Of a DNA stretch of 64,000 nucleotides, positions 39,527-52,341 are shown piece after piece (the first letter of the stretch is position 1; every line of letters begins with the position of its first letter). Origin of the DNA: Octopus vulgaris (Eukaryota); the NCBI GenBank assembly GCA_951406725.2, contig OX597820.1, positions 70,494,001 through 70,558,000 on the forward strand. The letters are read 5' to 3'. The translations under genes and the position numbers were made by a program. Under the pieces are notes generated by a model that did not search any database, was not told the origin of the DNA, and saw only the letters and a list, made by a program, of their open reading frames with translations.

Positions 39527-39715
39527 ACAAGTGTATATAACATACATAAAATATCACTACTAGGCACCTCACACATTCTACGTGAAGCACTTGCAATACA
39601 GGGAAAATAAGAACACCACAGCAAAGTACACCGCAGCAAAGTACACCACAAACTTAAGGCACACAGACCTGCGTTCGGTAGTGCATTGAAAGCACGTGAT
39701 AAAAATAAAACAACC

Positions 39716-39718
<3 letters not shown>
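39527..39718 (+). mobile_element. R4/Dong 3'-terminal fragment
   Basis: YNIHKISLLGTSHILREAL C-terminal motif, short 3' UTR and (AAT)n tail. Confidence 0.7.
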
Positions 39719-39765
<47 letters not shown>

Positions 39766-39768
<3 letters not shown>

Positions 39769-40375
39769 GCCATGATGAAGTACCGGGCAGTGGCTCTCAT
39801 GGATGTTGATCTGAACTGATGCCCTGATGCAGTACCAGGCAGTGGCTTTCATGGCTGCTGATCTTAATTGATTGGAAGTGTTATCATGTACATTGTTTTG
39901 TCTTGGTATAAAAGATGGGCAACAGCAAATATTCTGCTCAATAACACATATTTGCTTGTCAGTTGTTTGACCTTAACCAGTTGAGCATGTTCCGTAATGG
40001 CTAACGATATGTGCATCTCTGATCCCAAGCAGAAATATTGGTGGAGCATCATAGCCGTGTGCTGAAAGGAATTCTTAGAGGCTTGGATAATTCACCTTTG
40101 GAAACATGGGTGCTTCTTTCAACATCCTTAAAAATCGTTATTCGGGGACCTTTTGAGTGAGATGGGCTACTCAACTAGAAGAAAATTCTAACTGGGCCCC
40201 ACCTGCGGGGTCGTGTGCTGTTTATCTTGATATGAGATCACCATGTCGTGCACATATGGTTGAGATGCATGTGCCTTGTGTACCCTCATCAGACGTGTAG
40301 TCATGATGGGTATACTGGGCTTTGTATATTTTACCCCAGTGTCCTTTGATGGCATGCACTGCTCTCTCACTCAAT
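39766..40375 (+). mobile_element. Family D element with duplicated 5' ~52 bp, inside (AAT)n
   Basis: Reverse complement of 21371-21915; ATGCC(A/C)TGATG..GCAGTGGCT occurs twice at the start. Confidence 0.8.
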
Positions 40376-40499
40376 AATAATAATAATAATAATGATGATG
40401 ATTAATAATAATGGCTATGATGATGATGACGATGATAATGATGATGATGATGATGATGGTGTGGAGTGATAATGATGGTGGGAGTGATGATGATAATGT

Positions 40500-42830
40500 T
40501 TTCTTTGTTAACAATCCAGGGGCTATCCTCCAATCTATAGGCGCATACACAGAGCGATCCAATTCACTCGAACCAAAATCACCATTTTCATCCTCCTTTC
40601 AACGAATTTATTCGGTGGCAGAACTCCCCTCCCCATCCTTTCATTCCTTTTGAAATAATGCTTCAAAAAGCTGAGGACTAGTCCAACGATGGACGTATTC
40701 ATATTCAGGGCTTCCAATCTCCGCTGTAAGCGCTGACGATACCCTGCCGTAAGCGCTGACGATACTCTAAGTGATAAACGCCCTATCTCGGCTTTTGCTT
40801 GACCCAGAATTGTAGCCTCATCAGAGAGACGAGTTGTGGAAAACACGTATGATAGATGGCGACAATACATTTTTACTGTCAAGAAAATGCTAGAGATGCC
40901 GCAGCCTCAGTGTATGCCTGCACACTATCATCCACAACATGCTCAATCTTTCACTTAACAGATATTGACAGCAAATGGAGCACTTTAACAGAGGAATGCT
41001 TTACTTCCATAAAAATGGGAACAACAAGTGTTGTAGTCTGGTAAGATGTGAAACAGTGCAAAACACAACGGTCAGACGGTAATAGATGATTGTGCAATGT
41101 ACATGTTTTCCTTCTCTGGCTAACCTTTCAGGGATAGCTTTGTAGGTATATTTTTGAGTAAAACTGATAACTTTGCTCGTCATTTCCCCCCAGTTTTTCT
41201 TTATAACCACGTGCAAGTTCGTCATGACGATCACCACCTACATACTGTCCAGATCCTGTCCGAAAGACCCAACCCATTCCTCAGCAACATTCTCATTCCA
41301 CTCTCTGTTACTCTTCAACTCAGAGATATGTAGATCTCAGTCTACTAAAATGGACGCCTTATCATGTTTCATAAATCCTGAACTAGCTGATGGCTATCAT
41401 ATTCATTGCTTGTGATCTCAATTCATTGAACAGGCAACCTTTTTTCCAGGAAGATGTTGACGTACGTATATTTATGTAATCCATTCAATAGTTACTTAAT
41501 TTAATGGCTTTTCTGTAAGCAATCGGTTGTAGCAAAATCACTGAGACGGTCAATAGTATCATGACCTAACATCTCAATCATCTGCTCTCCGTTATTACTC
41601 AAACTCCTCATTCGGTAAGGAGACAAGGTCTAGGGTCATTTTCAGAAGCTCAGGGTTTACATGGAGAAGGATCTACAACGTAATCTCAAATCATTTCTCC
41701 CACCACGCTCTATTCCCTTCCAGTAGTGTTTCGCTACTCTCCAGCACTACACATGTCAAGACCCACCAGAATCTTTGCATTATTACCTTGAAAGTCTTTC
41801 TCCTCAAATAAGTGGGGAAGTGAGTATAGTCATCGCTGGTGCGGTGAACCACTGAGTATTGTACTGCGAAAGTCTCGATCATAATTAAGTCATCGACCCC
41901 ACTGATCCGACACGCCCAGATATGTTTTGCATGTCTTCTGTACCTTGCGAGCCCGCTTGTTTTGTGAATTCGTTGTATTCTCCAATTGATAAATAGTCAT
42001 ACTCACGCAGTGGTATACGACAAGCTTTGTAGCAGTAGCAGCTAGAATTTTAGGAAGAAAAACAAGATGTCTTCTCTCTTAATTTTACTAAATTGAGCAA
42101 CGTTTTAAGTTTTTTAGTTTGCTCCGTTTATCATTTATAGAAAAAATATGGAAGCTATTCAACCAGAAGAAGCCTTAATACTGTTGCTTTGGTGATATTG
42201 GTTTGTTTTCTGCCGGTGTTGTTGCTCTTACTGTTACTGTCGTTGTTTCCCTTCTGTAATTACTGCAACTGCATTTGTTGCCTCATTCGTTGTGTGCCAT
42301 TACTGCACAATATTTGGGCAGTAGTGGTGGCGACTGTGTTTCTGATGCTACAGCTTGGTGCTGCATTGGTGACAGCCATAGCAGTGGACTCGTCTTTCCT
42401 GCTGGTACTTTTGTGAGCTTCTTTGTTTAACATGTCATTCCTCATACTGCTGCTTCTGTTGTTTTTGCTGATGATGTTACTGTTGATCTTCTGGCTTTTG
42501 TTGCTACTATTCTTTTTACTACTACGCCTGTCTCCTGTGTTATTTTTTGGTGCCTGCGACCAGCAGTTTCACCTTCAAAATCTCTTCCCACCTTCTGTTC
42601 TTTGTCGAGCAGCAAAAAGGAATCCTTTTGAAAAGTTTTCCATGCTTCGGAAAATTTTCATTCTTTTCTAAACAAATTCGCCCTACAGAGCAAACAATAG
42701 TTTATCAATCCCTTGGGGTTCTTGTGATCTGAAAAACACTGCAGGCCAATAAAAACAAAGTTAAAAACCACTTAACAGGAAAACAAAGCACAAACCTACG
42801 AAGCCTCAAGAACACGTCTTGTTTCAGTGG
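40500..42830 (-). mobile_element. Heavily decayed, internally deleted Tx1-type LINE (probable 5' UTR, low-complexity ORF1 and ORF2 pieces)
   Basis: IIYYRLTVVFCTVSHLTRLQHLLFPFLWK and LVLSFLKHYFKRNERM parallel the 12185-14250 element; the 5' part is less certain. Confidence 0.6.
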
Positions 42831-42867
42831 TATATATAATAATAATAATAATAACAACAATTTTACG

Positions 42868-42916
<49 letters not shown>

Positions 42917-43044
42917 GCTTAATATTTTTTATTATTGTCTTGTTATTGCTATTGTTGTTTAGTGTTAGATCTTTGGCTCCTGAGAATATCTTTGTTTTCG
43001 ATGGAAATACATTGTCTTCTTAAAAACATCTGTCTTTTTTGTTA

Positions 43045-43450
43045 AGACAGCGAGCTGGCAGAAACGTTAGCACGCCGGGCGAAATGCGTAGCCATATTTC
43101 GTCTGCTGTTACGGTCTGAGTTCAAATTCCGCCGAGGTCGACTTTGCCTTTCATACTTTCGGGGTCGATAAATTAAGTACCAGTTACACACTGGGGTCGA
43201 TATAATCGACTTAATCCGTTTGTCTGTCCTTGTTTGTCCTCTCTGTGTTTAGCCCCTTGTGGGTAGTAAAGAAATAGGTATTTCGTCTGTATTTATGTTC
43301 TGAGTTCAAATTCCGTCGAGGTCGACTTTGCCTTTTATCCTTTCGGGATCGTTAAATTAAATACTAGTTGCGTACTGGGGTCGATTTAATCGACTGGCCT
43401 CATCCCCCCCCCCCATTAAATTTCGGACCATGTGCCTAAAGTAGAAAAAT
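43045..43450 (+). mobile_element. Dimeric SINE family C
   Basis: Head-body-tail1 (..TTTAGCCCCTTGTGGGTAGTAAAGAAATA), then body repeated from GGTATTTCGTCTG with tail2. Confidence 0.85.
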
Positions 43451-44112
43451 ACCTATTTTTTGCATTTCTATAAATAAACACCACTTCTTCGTTTAATGAA
43501 GGCATCATTCTTGTCACAGAACTTTTACCTCTTTAGGGAGGGATATGTATCGACAACCCCCCCACCCCTGAGTTTCAGGCCGTATGCCTACAGTAGAAAG
43601 GATTATTATTGTTGTTGTTATTGTTAATATTATCATTTTCCAATTTTGTTTCTATTTCTTGCCGAGTGTCTTCCCAACACTCGATGATTGGCAGAATTGT
43701 GAGAGCTTCGGACAAAATGATGATTTCAGGTATTTATTTTGTCTCTATGTTCTCAGTTCAAATTCCACCGAAGTCGTCTTTGTTTTTTTCAACCTAATGG
43801 AATTAATACAATAAAGTACCAGCCATGTGCTAGGGGCTGATTTCATTGTTTCTACCCAAATGCATCAAAATATTTTTTGTCCCGTGTCTGTATGGGAAAC
43901 AAAGTTATTATTGAAAATAAGCAACAGTAATAATCTCTGATGCCTATAGGATTTCTTATCCAATTAGATTTAAGCTTGGTCGTCGGGAATACGACTCACG
44001 TCACGAGATAAGAATCACAATCCTAGTATGCAGGTATCTATGCTTTAAGCATTGATCATTAAACCAGCTATAAATAAAAAGTACATAACACATACATAAT
44101 ACCATAACTTGT

Positions 44113-44592
44113 GACCCCCTTCGATCTTGAATGACCATGAGATTGCACCTAGAAAGTTACCCTCCGAGGCACAAGTCTGGGCAAGGTTGTTTATGGAAGA
44201 CCAGCAGTCGCCCACGCATACCAGCCTCCCCTCTCCACGTCACCAGTGTTAGCCAAGGGAAAGGCAAAGGCCGATACAGCTTGGCACCTGTGATGTCGCA
44301 GCTCATTTATTACCGTGCAAGTGGCTGAGCACTCCACAGACACGTGTACCCTTAACGTAGTTCTCGGGGAGATTCAGCGTGACAGAGTGTGTAACAAGGC
44401 TGGCCCTTTGAAATACGGATGCAACAGAAACAGAAAGAATGAGTGAGAGAAAGTTGTGGTGAAAGAGTACAGCAGGGTTCACCACCACCCACTGAGGAGC
44501 TCGTGAAGCTTTAGATGTTTTCACTCAATAAACACTCACAATGCCCGGTCTAAGAATTTCTTCCTAAAACCGCGAGTCCGCTGCCTTAACCA
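44113..44592 (-). mobile_element. SINE family B long variant with a distinct (possibly RTE-related) 3' module
   Basis: tRNA-like head at ~44592; 3' module shared with 52018-52341. Confidence 0.75.
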
Positions 44593-44861
44593 CTGGGCCA
44601 TTGCGCCTCCACAATACCATAACTATTGTATTAGTATTTGGCGGATTAGCAAGGAGCAGTTGGTTAGTAAAATCATTAGAGCATCAGACACTGGACACAA
44701 TACCTAGCAGTAGAGTTACAGTTCTTTCAATTACGCCTCGAGTTCCAGTTCTGTTGAGTTATTCGGTGATCTAGAAAATTAAAAACTAGTCAAGAAGAAT
44801 ATTTTAAATCCATACTCGGTAATCCGATAGAAAATATATTTTGTGTAGAAACATAGGCAAC

Positions 44862-45278
44862 ATAGGCGTAGGAGTGGCTGTGTGGTTAAGTAGCTTGCTT
44901 ACGAACCACACGGTTCCTGGATCAGTCCCAGTGTGTGGATCCTTGGGCAAGTGTCTTCTAATATAGCCTCGGGTCGACCAAAGCCTTGTGAGTGGATTTG
45001 GTAGACGGAAACTGAAAGAAGCTCGTCGTATATATGTATATATATGTATATGTATGTGTGTTTGTATGTTTGTGTGTCTGTGTTTGTCCCCCCAACATAG
45101 CTTGACAACCGATGCTGTTGTGTTTAGGTCCCCTTTACTTAGCGGTTCGTTAAAAAAGAACCGATAGAATAAGTACTAGGCTTACAAAGGATAAGTCGTG
45201 CGATCGATTTGATTCGACTAAAGGCGGTGCTCCAGCATGACCACAGTCACATAATTGAAACTAGTAAAAGAATAAAAC
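44862..45278 (+). mobile_element. SINE family A, full copy
   Basis: Complete head, body, microsatellite and tail. Confidence 0.85.
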
Positions 45279-46209
45279 AAAATGTTTCATCAGACTAACG
45301 ATTATAGATTACATATATTTCATTCACCTTCAGGCTTATCTTTATTTCGTGTGTACTTTATTTTGTGTAACCGGACAGAGCTACGTTTGAACCTGTCACA
45401 TCCCGGAACTAGTTGAATAGTGATTCTGGTACAATCAACTATCCTCGACCAAGAATGTGTGGCCTTATGCTTATATCAGAAATCAATTCATATCGACATT
45501 TCTTGAATGAGATAAGAGCAACACAATAAGAGATAAAATGTTTCATACGACAGCAATAAAAATAAATTTACAACCAAATTTCTTTTTTAAAATTCTTTAT
45601 TTCTATAGTAACAATAGTATGTAATACTAGGGGAATAAGTAATAGCAGTTTTATTTGATAATATTTTGCTGATGTAATGGGTGAATTAATCAATTCCTTT
45701 TGCCACTCAATTTGTGTAAAGGACTTGCCATAAGGAAGTAAGTTTAGGTATTTTATTACAAAATCGAGTATGCTAATGATTATGTTTATCAATGGTAGTA
45801 TGCCCCTCAATAACTTTATGAATCAAGCGCTGATATGAACACGTGTATAAACATTCGGATACTCGACCAGTGGGCGAGACGGGGAGGGAAGAGTGGGGTG
45901 GGGAGAGACAAGCAAACAGACGAGACCGAGCTTCTACGTGGTCTGTTGACCTGCCAGAAATACTTACCAATTATCATTCAATCACATCGTAAAGGCATTT
46001 GGCTTAATGATTTGGGTGTTGCACTTACGATCGCCAGATCGTAGGTTCGATTCCCAGACCGGGTGGTGTGTTGTGTTCTTGAGTAAGATACTTCATTTCA
46101 CGTTCTTCCAGTGCTGTGTGGGGACCAGCATGCTAAAGATTAAACCTACGTTTATTCTGCCTGTCGTGAAAGGTGACTAAAAGAGGTTCACGTAGGATTT
46201 GTACTCTGA

Positions 46210-46518
46210 CATCGTAAAACTCTCACCAGCAACATTTACCGAAACAATCTCATATGTGACAACTCTTTCTCAGGCATACTAGAAATAGTAACAATATTTG
46301 TTTCAGTAAGATGCTAACAAAATGCAACATATCTGGTATTGAAGCCATTCTCATCAAAATACAGCTGAGGTAGCCAGGTGATCTCTCACGTATCAGTGAT
46401 ATCAGAATTCCGAAGCAACTTCTCCTTGGCCAATTCTCAACAGGAAGGTCAGTTGGAAGGCCACTCTTATGCTTCAAAGACAAACTAAAAGACAATCTGA
46501 AGCGATGCAACACTTCCT

Positions 46519-46522
<4 letters not shown>
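46210..46522 (+). mobile_element. RTE-clade LINE RT C-terminal fragment
   Basis: LTKCNISGIEAILIKIQLR*PGDLSRISDIRIPKQLLLGQFSTGRSVGRPLLCFKDKLKDNLK. Confidence 0.8.
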
Positions 46523-46576
<54 letters not shown>

Positions 46577-49500
46577 GTGTGTGTGTATGTGTGTGTGTGT
46601 GTACTAGGTATAACTTTAAACCGCACCCAAATGTGAGGCTCTGGTTCGACACTTCTTCGGTGTTGACGAGTGTGAAATCACCTCTCAAACACTATTGCTC
46701 CCATGTCTACACTCATCAGTAGTTGTAGCACCTGTCAGGGTCCAAGTTATGGGTGAATTAGCGCATTAGAGCTTGCTTATCCTTAATGCATGGGAAAATT
46801 AAATCCGGCAGACTCTACAGAAGAAAGCTCCACGATTCAACAGAGGGAAACCTAGATGCAGCAACGCGTTATGGAGTGCAGGAAGCAAGATGGGGCAAGA
46901 ATGATATTTTGGTCATCCATTGAATCTGTCTGTATCCGCAGTCATCTTGACCTGGTCTTGCCACAGCATTGAAGATGGTTATGTCCGAGAGAGCGTGGTT
47001 AACGATGGACAACTCCATTTTAAAAAATGTCAAATATAAGTCATCGATCATTCTTAAGGGTGAGTAGATGCCCCTTGTCGCTCCCACGGATGAAAATGAG
47101 ATATATATGTTAAACTGTCGTATGTCCAAATCTGGCCAAATGCCACTTTTTAATTATTTATTTTTGCTTGAAATTGCCGGTCCTTTTGATCAAACTATCG
47201 TATCTCCGGCTGCTTCAGATGCTAAGATATCAAAAATTGTCAAAGTGTAATACAACAATTTTGCTATGGAATGGTGATACTATTCTTTCGTTTTCTGAAA
47301 AAGCAACATTTGGACTTACGATACTTTTGCATTATAACAACGATATATGTGTATGAGTGTGTGTATGTATAGAGATAGAAACAGAGAGAGAGAGAGAAAG
47401 AGAGAGAGTGTGAGAGGGGTCTTACTTAAAAACTATTAACTCTTTAAAATCTACGAAAAACAAATTGGTGTGAGCTTTTTAGGAGAGAGGTGCATATTGT
47501 GTGTGTTAGAGCTTTCAACGTTCTATTTTTCAAAACACACGTTACAGGGGTTACCTCATAACTACTCAAGCACACATACACACACGCACGCGCACATACA
47601 CACATATACATGCATGTATACATACACACATACATACATACATATACATATATATATACAGCTTTTGCAAAATTTGCATTTCTGAATTCTATTCCTGAAA
47701 TATTGATCAACTCGAAACTGCGGCCGAAGACATTTGCTCAAGGTGTTGTGTTGTACGATGGATCCTATAACCACGTGGGTACTGCTACAATGAAGCCTTT
47801 TAATGACACAGCTATACCGGCGCAAATACAGCACACGAATTTGCCTATTATGTTTGTTTTAACAGAAAATCTCCATAGCTATGTATGAATGCTTGCATGC
47901 AATCATGAACATTTGTATGACTTCCTACACATATCATCCAATTCAACGTATCTAGAAAGAGCCGTTGAATAGATGACCTTACAATGATTTAAATTAATGA
48001 GCTTGTTTCGAATGCCTATTGAAAACCCCATTCAATAAAGCATATATTACAATACTTAATTTCCATCCCTCACAGAATATAGGTTCTTCGTGCATAGCTT
48101 GAAAAGAAATAAATAACTATTTCAAAATTTTCGTTATTCGAGGGAAAGAGCACTGGCGGATCAGAACCAGGAAAGTAATGAACTGTTTTACAATAATTAC
48201 TATTTTTTTGTGCTTTTATGTTTTTTTACTGATCCAAATCAACCTTACACCAGCAGAACATATGACGAAAGCGTTCAAGCTGTGAGTTAATTCGTCTTTT
48301 ATTTTCAGTTAGGAGACTTCCATTGTGTAGTTCTTTTCTTAATTTAGTGGAAAGGAATAAAGCAGTGAGCTGGAAGATTCGTTGGCATGCCGGACAAAAT
48401 GCTTAGCGGCATTTCGTCCGTCTTTATGTTCTAAGTTCAAATTTCGCCGAGGTTGCCTCTGTTTCCTCATCCTTTCGGGCTCTATAAAATAAGTACCAGT
48501 TGAATGCTGGGGTCAAAATTGCTGATCTTGATAGCAGTATAGTAGTGGGTGGCGAAAATTCGAAAGAATAGGCGTCGAGATTGCCGAATCATTAGGGCGT
48601 CGGACAAAATGCGTAGTGGTGTTGTTTCCGGCTCTTTATGTTCTGAGTTCAAACCCTGTTTAGGTCAAATTTGTTTTCATCCCTTCGGGGTCGATAAAGT
48701 GGAGTATTAGACAATCAAATGGGTCGATGTAATCGACTTTCTCCCTCCCTCTAAAAAGTTATTAGCCTTGAACCTAGCAACGGACTAGCGTCCTGTTCAG
48801 GGTAATGTTGTGACCTCGGTCACATACAAGTCATAGAAAACAGCCCAAGAAAAAAATTGAAGGACGCATGCTGACAAATTCTGATTGGTCGAGTGTTACC
48901 TTGAGGATCCATTGTTGGCTGCACTAATATTTAGATAATTGATTTTTTATCTTAAAGTGTTCTCAATTCAAACACCACTGAGTTTAATTCTGTTTGTGCT
49001 GCTTCACCTTCCGAAGACCATTAAATATGTGCTATACATTTAATCACGGGCCAGCTGCAGCCCGAGGTCTCACTAAATGGCACGCCTATGGAAATATTTA
49101 CTTTGAATGTCTTTAGTAGTACAGCCCACCTGTTAAACCAATAAACCATATCCAATGCGGTTCGATTCAGGAAAAAATTGTTGCCCATGCCTATTTTAAA
49201 GCGATGGATTCGACTCAATTCACTCCTGCTCCTCGATATACAACAAATACCATGAAAGAATAGCTGTTGCTGTTATCATTGTTTTTGTTGTTTAGTAACA
49301 GGTTTGCTCTTAAATGAGCAAAGCTATAAGGAAAGGCAATTTAGTCGTGATCACGGCGTCTTTGTAGATTTAAAAGTTCTTCTTTATTTAAGATGTTAAT
49401 TTGAATAAGTTTTTAGCGAGAAACTACATAAAGGATTCCTCGTTTGTTCGAAGTCATACAGCAAGGCAACTGAGTGTGTATGCTTGTTTCGAATTCCAGT

Positions 49501-50549
49501 CAAAAGCCAGTTACATTTCTAAATACTGCCGTTGACAAAGATGTAAATATGACACAATTTCATTCCCGAATACAATGAAAATGTGTGGTCTTGTACGCAT
49601 ACAGTAATTTTCTATTATTCAGCAAAGTTAGAAGCTATAAAATATTCCTATCGTCAACGAAAAACGTCAGACGATATCCAATGATGTCTTGAATGTCATA
49701 GCATTCAAGTAATCGTTTAAAATAACATAACATCAGTTAATCCACTCGCTGACATTATTATTGTAAAACAGATTTGTTTGAAAGTATGAATATGGCGACA
49801 GAAATATCACACGTTATTCAGAGTAAAAAATTTACATTTTTTGTATTAAACTTCCAAAGTTGTTTAATACCAAGCTTTGTCACACGAAATGTAGCATGTT
49901 GGTTGGTACATGTATATGCATATCATTAGACAGATATATGCACGAAAACATTTACACACACTCTCTCTCTCTCGCCATCTCTTTCTCTCCCCCTTTCTAT
50001 CTCTTAGTCCCTCAATTAAACACATACAGAAACACACATATACGCACACAAGCATACACATACACACACACACACACACATACTCATACGGAAGCGCACA
50101 CACGTATATGCGTGAGCGTATGTGTCTGTATTGATATTGTATAGCACCGGGAAGTTCCGGTCATGTCATGACCGGCTCGTCTATTTTCAAATATAGGACA
50201 TCATCTGAGCAGAATTTGGCGGCCATCTTTTGTATCACATAGAGGCTTCTTTGTTGGTTTGTTTGTACGCTGTATGTGTTTAGTTTACATTTCAGCATGT
50301 GCTTAGTGTGTATTTAATGTCCATGTAGCAGTGTGTGACATATAATCGTTCGAATTCAAATTTGAAATTTGAAAAACAAATACAGAAAAATTGTGGTGGA
50401 AAACAAAAGTATGAATTAAAATGCAATAGTTTGAAAACAGTAAAATTATAATGAATATGAGCAGACATGGCTGTGTAGTTCAAAGACTTCTGCGCAATCA
50501 CATCGTTTCAAGTTTATTCCACTGTGTGAACCAGCTTGAGAAAGCATGT

Positions 50550-50726
50550 AAGTATGTATGTATGTATGTATGTATGTATGTATGTATGTATGTATGTATG
50601 TATGTATGTATGTATGTTTGTATGTATGCATGCATGCATGCATGTATGTATGTATGTATGTATGTATGTATGTATGTATGTATGTATGTATGTATGTATG
50701 TATGTATGTATGTATGTATGTATGTA
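50550..50726. repeat. (TATG)n microsatellite
   Basis: Direct reading. Confidence 0.95.
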
Positions 50727-50756
50727 TCTTATGTGTGTACGTTATCATCATTGTTT

Positions 50757-51425
50757 TGACGTTTGGTGACATCAAGTCTCCTCAAATTTCTAGAATCTTT
50801 CTAAGGATTCTCACAGAATACAGCTTTGCACTTTTCTGCTGGTCGACAATACGAGTGTCAAGTCCAATATTCTTCTGTCTCTTAAGTAGAAGTTTTGGTG
50901 TTATGCCAGTTGCACCAGTTAACAGAGGGACAATTGTCTTTTGAATCTTCCACAGTCCCATCATTTCTCTTGCTAGATCGTAATATTTCTCGATTTCTTT
51001 TCTATTTTAAGATATGTTAATGCAAAGTTTATTTCTTTCGCCCTCAGTAATCTTATCTGGTCACATAGCTCTAAGTGTATGGTCAGATTTAACAGGAAAG
51101 TCCCATAAAATCCTGTAATTCTCCATCACAGCCGCTTGTTCGTTTTCAGGCCACTTTTCTTTTATTTCGAAAACCACACACTCCGCTAATAATGCAGTGC
51201 ACCATTTTATCTATACAGTGATGTGTGTGTTTATATTCTTTTTGTGCTAGCTTACTGCGATCACTGAAAAGATAGTGAATACTTTCGTCTCCTTTTCTAC
51301 AGATTCTGAATTTGTTTTCTGAGTTACTGTTTTTCTTTTTAGACTTTTGTCTTTATGTATCGTCCTAACGATTTGTTTATGAGTGATTATCCCTAGTCTT
51401 CGATTTCTCGCGTCTTGTACCAAAA
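50757..51425 (-). mobile_element. R4/Dong-clade 3' fragment (zinc-knuckle remnant plus RLE domain)
   Basis: CRKGDESIHYLFSDRSKLAQKEYK..ENYRILWDFPVKSDH..EKYYDLAREMMGLWK..IVPLLTGATG..SVRILRKIL. Confidence 0.8.
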
Positions 51426-52017
51426 TTCGAAACAAAGGCTGCGATCTGGCAAAACTTATCACATCGGACCAAATGCTTAACATTTCTTCTGGCACAACTC
51501 TCTGAGTTCAAGTGACGCCGAAGCCCGTTTTCCTTTCATCCTTTCGATTAGTACCATTAGAACACTGGGATCAATGTAATCGAATAGCCTATGCACTTGA
51601 AATTTATAGCGTTGTATGGCAGAAAGAATTATTTTTATTAACACAGTGAACTGAAATAATCGTTAAAGTGTCGAGGAAATGCTTGGCGATATTTCTCTCT
51701 GTTCTTGACGTAGCGAATTCAAACCCACCAAAGTCAACTTTGCCTATCATTTTATCTGAGTCGATAAAATAAGTGTCTCTCACACACACACTAACACACA
51801 CACACACATACACACACATAAAAGACGGTATTGGTTCACAGTGACTATTATTGTTGTGTATAAAGCAGTGACCCGACACAATCGTTAGCACGCCGAGCAA
51901 AAAGCTTAGCGGCATTTCGACCGTTATCGTGTCCCGAGTTCAAATTCCACCACCGAGGTCTACCTAGCCTTTAATCCTTTAGGGGTCGATAAATTTAATG
52001 CCAGTTGAACACTGGAG

Positions 52018-52341
52018 GAGACCCCCTTCGGTCATGAATGACCGTGGGATCGCACCTAGAAAGTTACCCTCCAAAGTACAAGTCCAGGCAAGGATGTTTA
52101 TGGAAGGCCAGCAGTCGCCCATGCATACCAGCCTCCCTTCTCCACGCCACTGATGCTATCTAAGGGAAAGGCAAAGGCCAATACAGCTTGGCACCTGTGA
52201 CGTCGCAACTCGTTTCTACAGCTGAGTGAACTGGAGCAACGTGAAATAAAGTGTCTTGCTCAAGAACACAACACGCAACCCGGTCCGGGAATCTTACGAT
52301 CGTAAGCTCGACGCTCCAACCACTGAGCCATGCGCCTTCAC
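52018..52341 (-). mobile_element. tRNA-derived SINE sharing its 3' module with 44113-44310
   Basis: Head reverse complement GTGAAGGCGCATGGCTCAGTGG; shared GACCCCCTTCG..GCACCTAGAAAGTTACCCTCC block. Confidence 0.8.

Noticed and set aside
42189-42671. Hydrophobic plus-strand ORFs resembling membrane proteins
   Set aside because: Antisense of a CAA/CAG-rich low-complexity stretch inside the decayed LINE.
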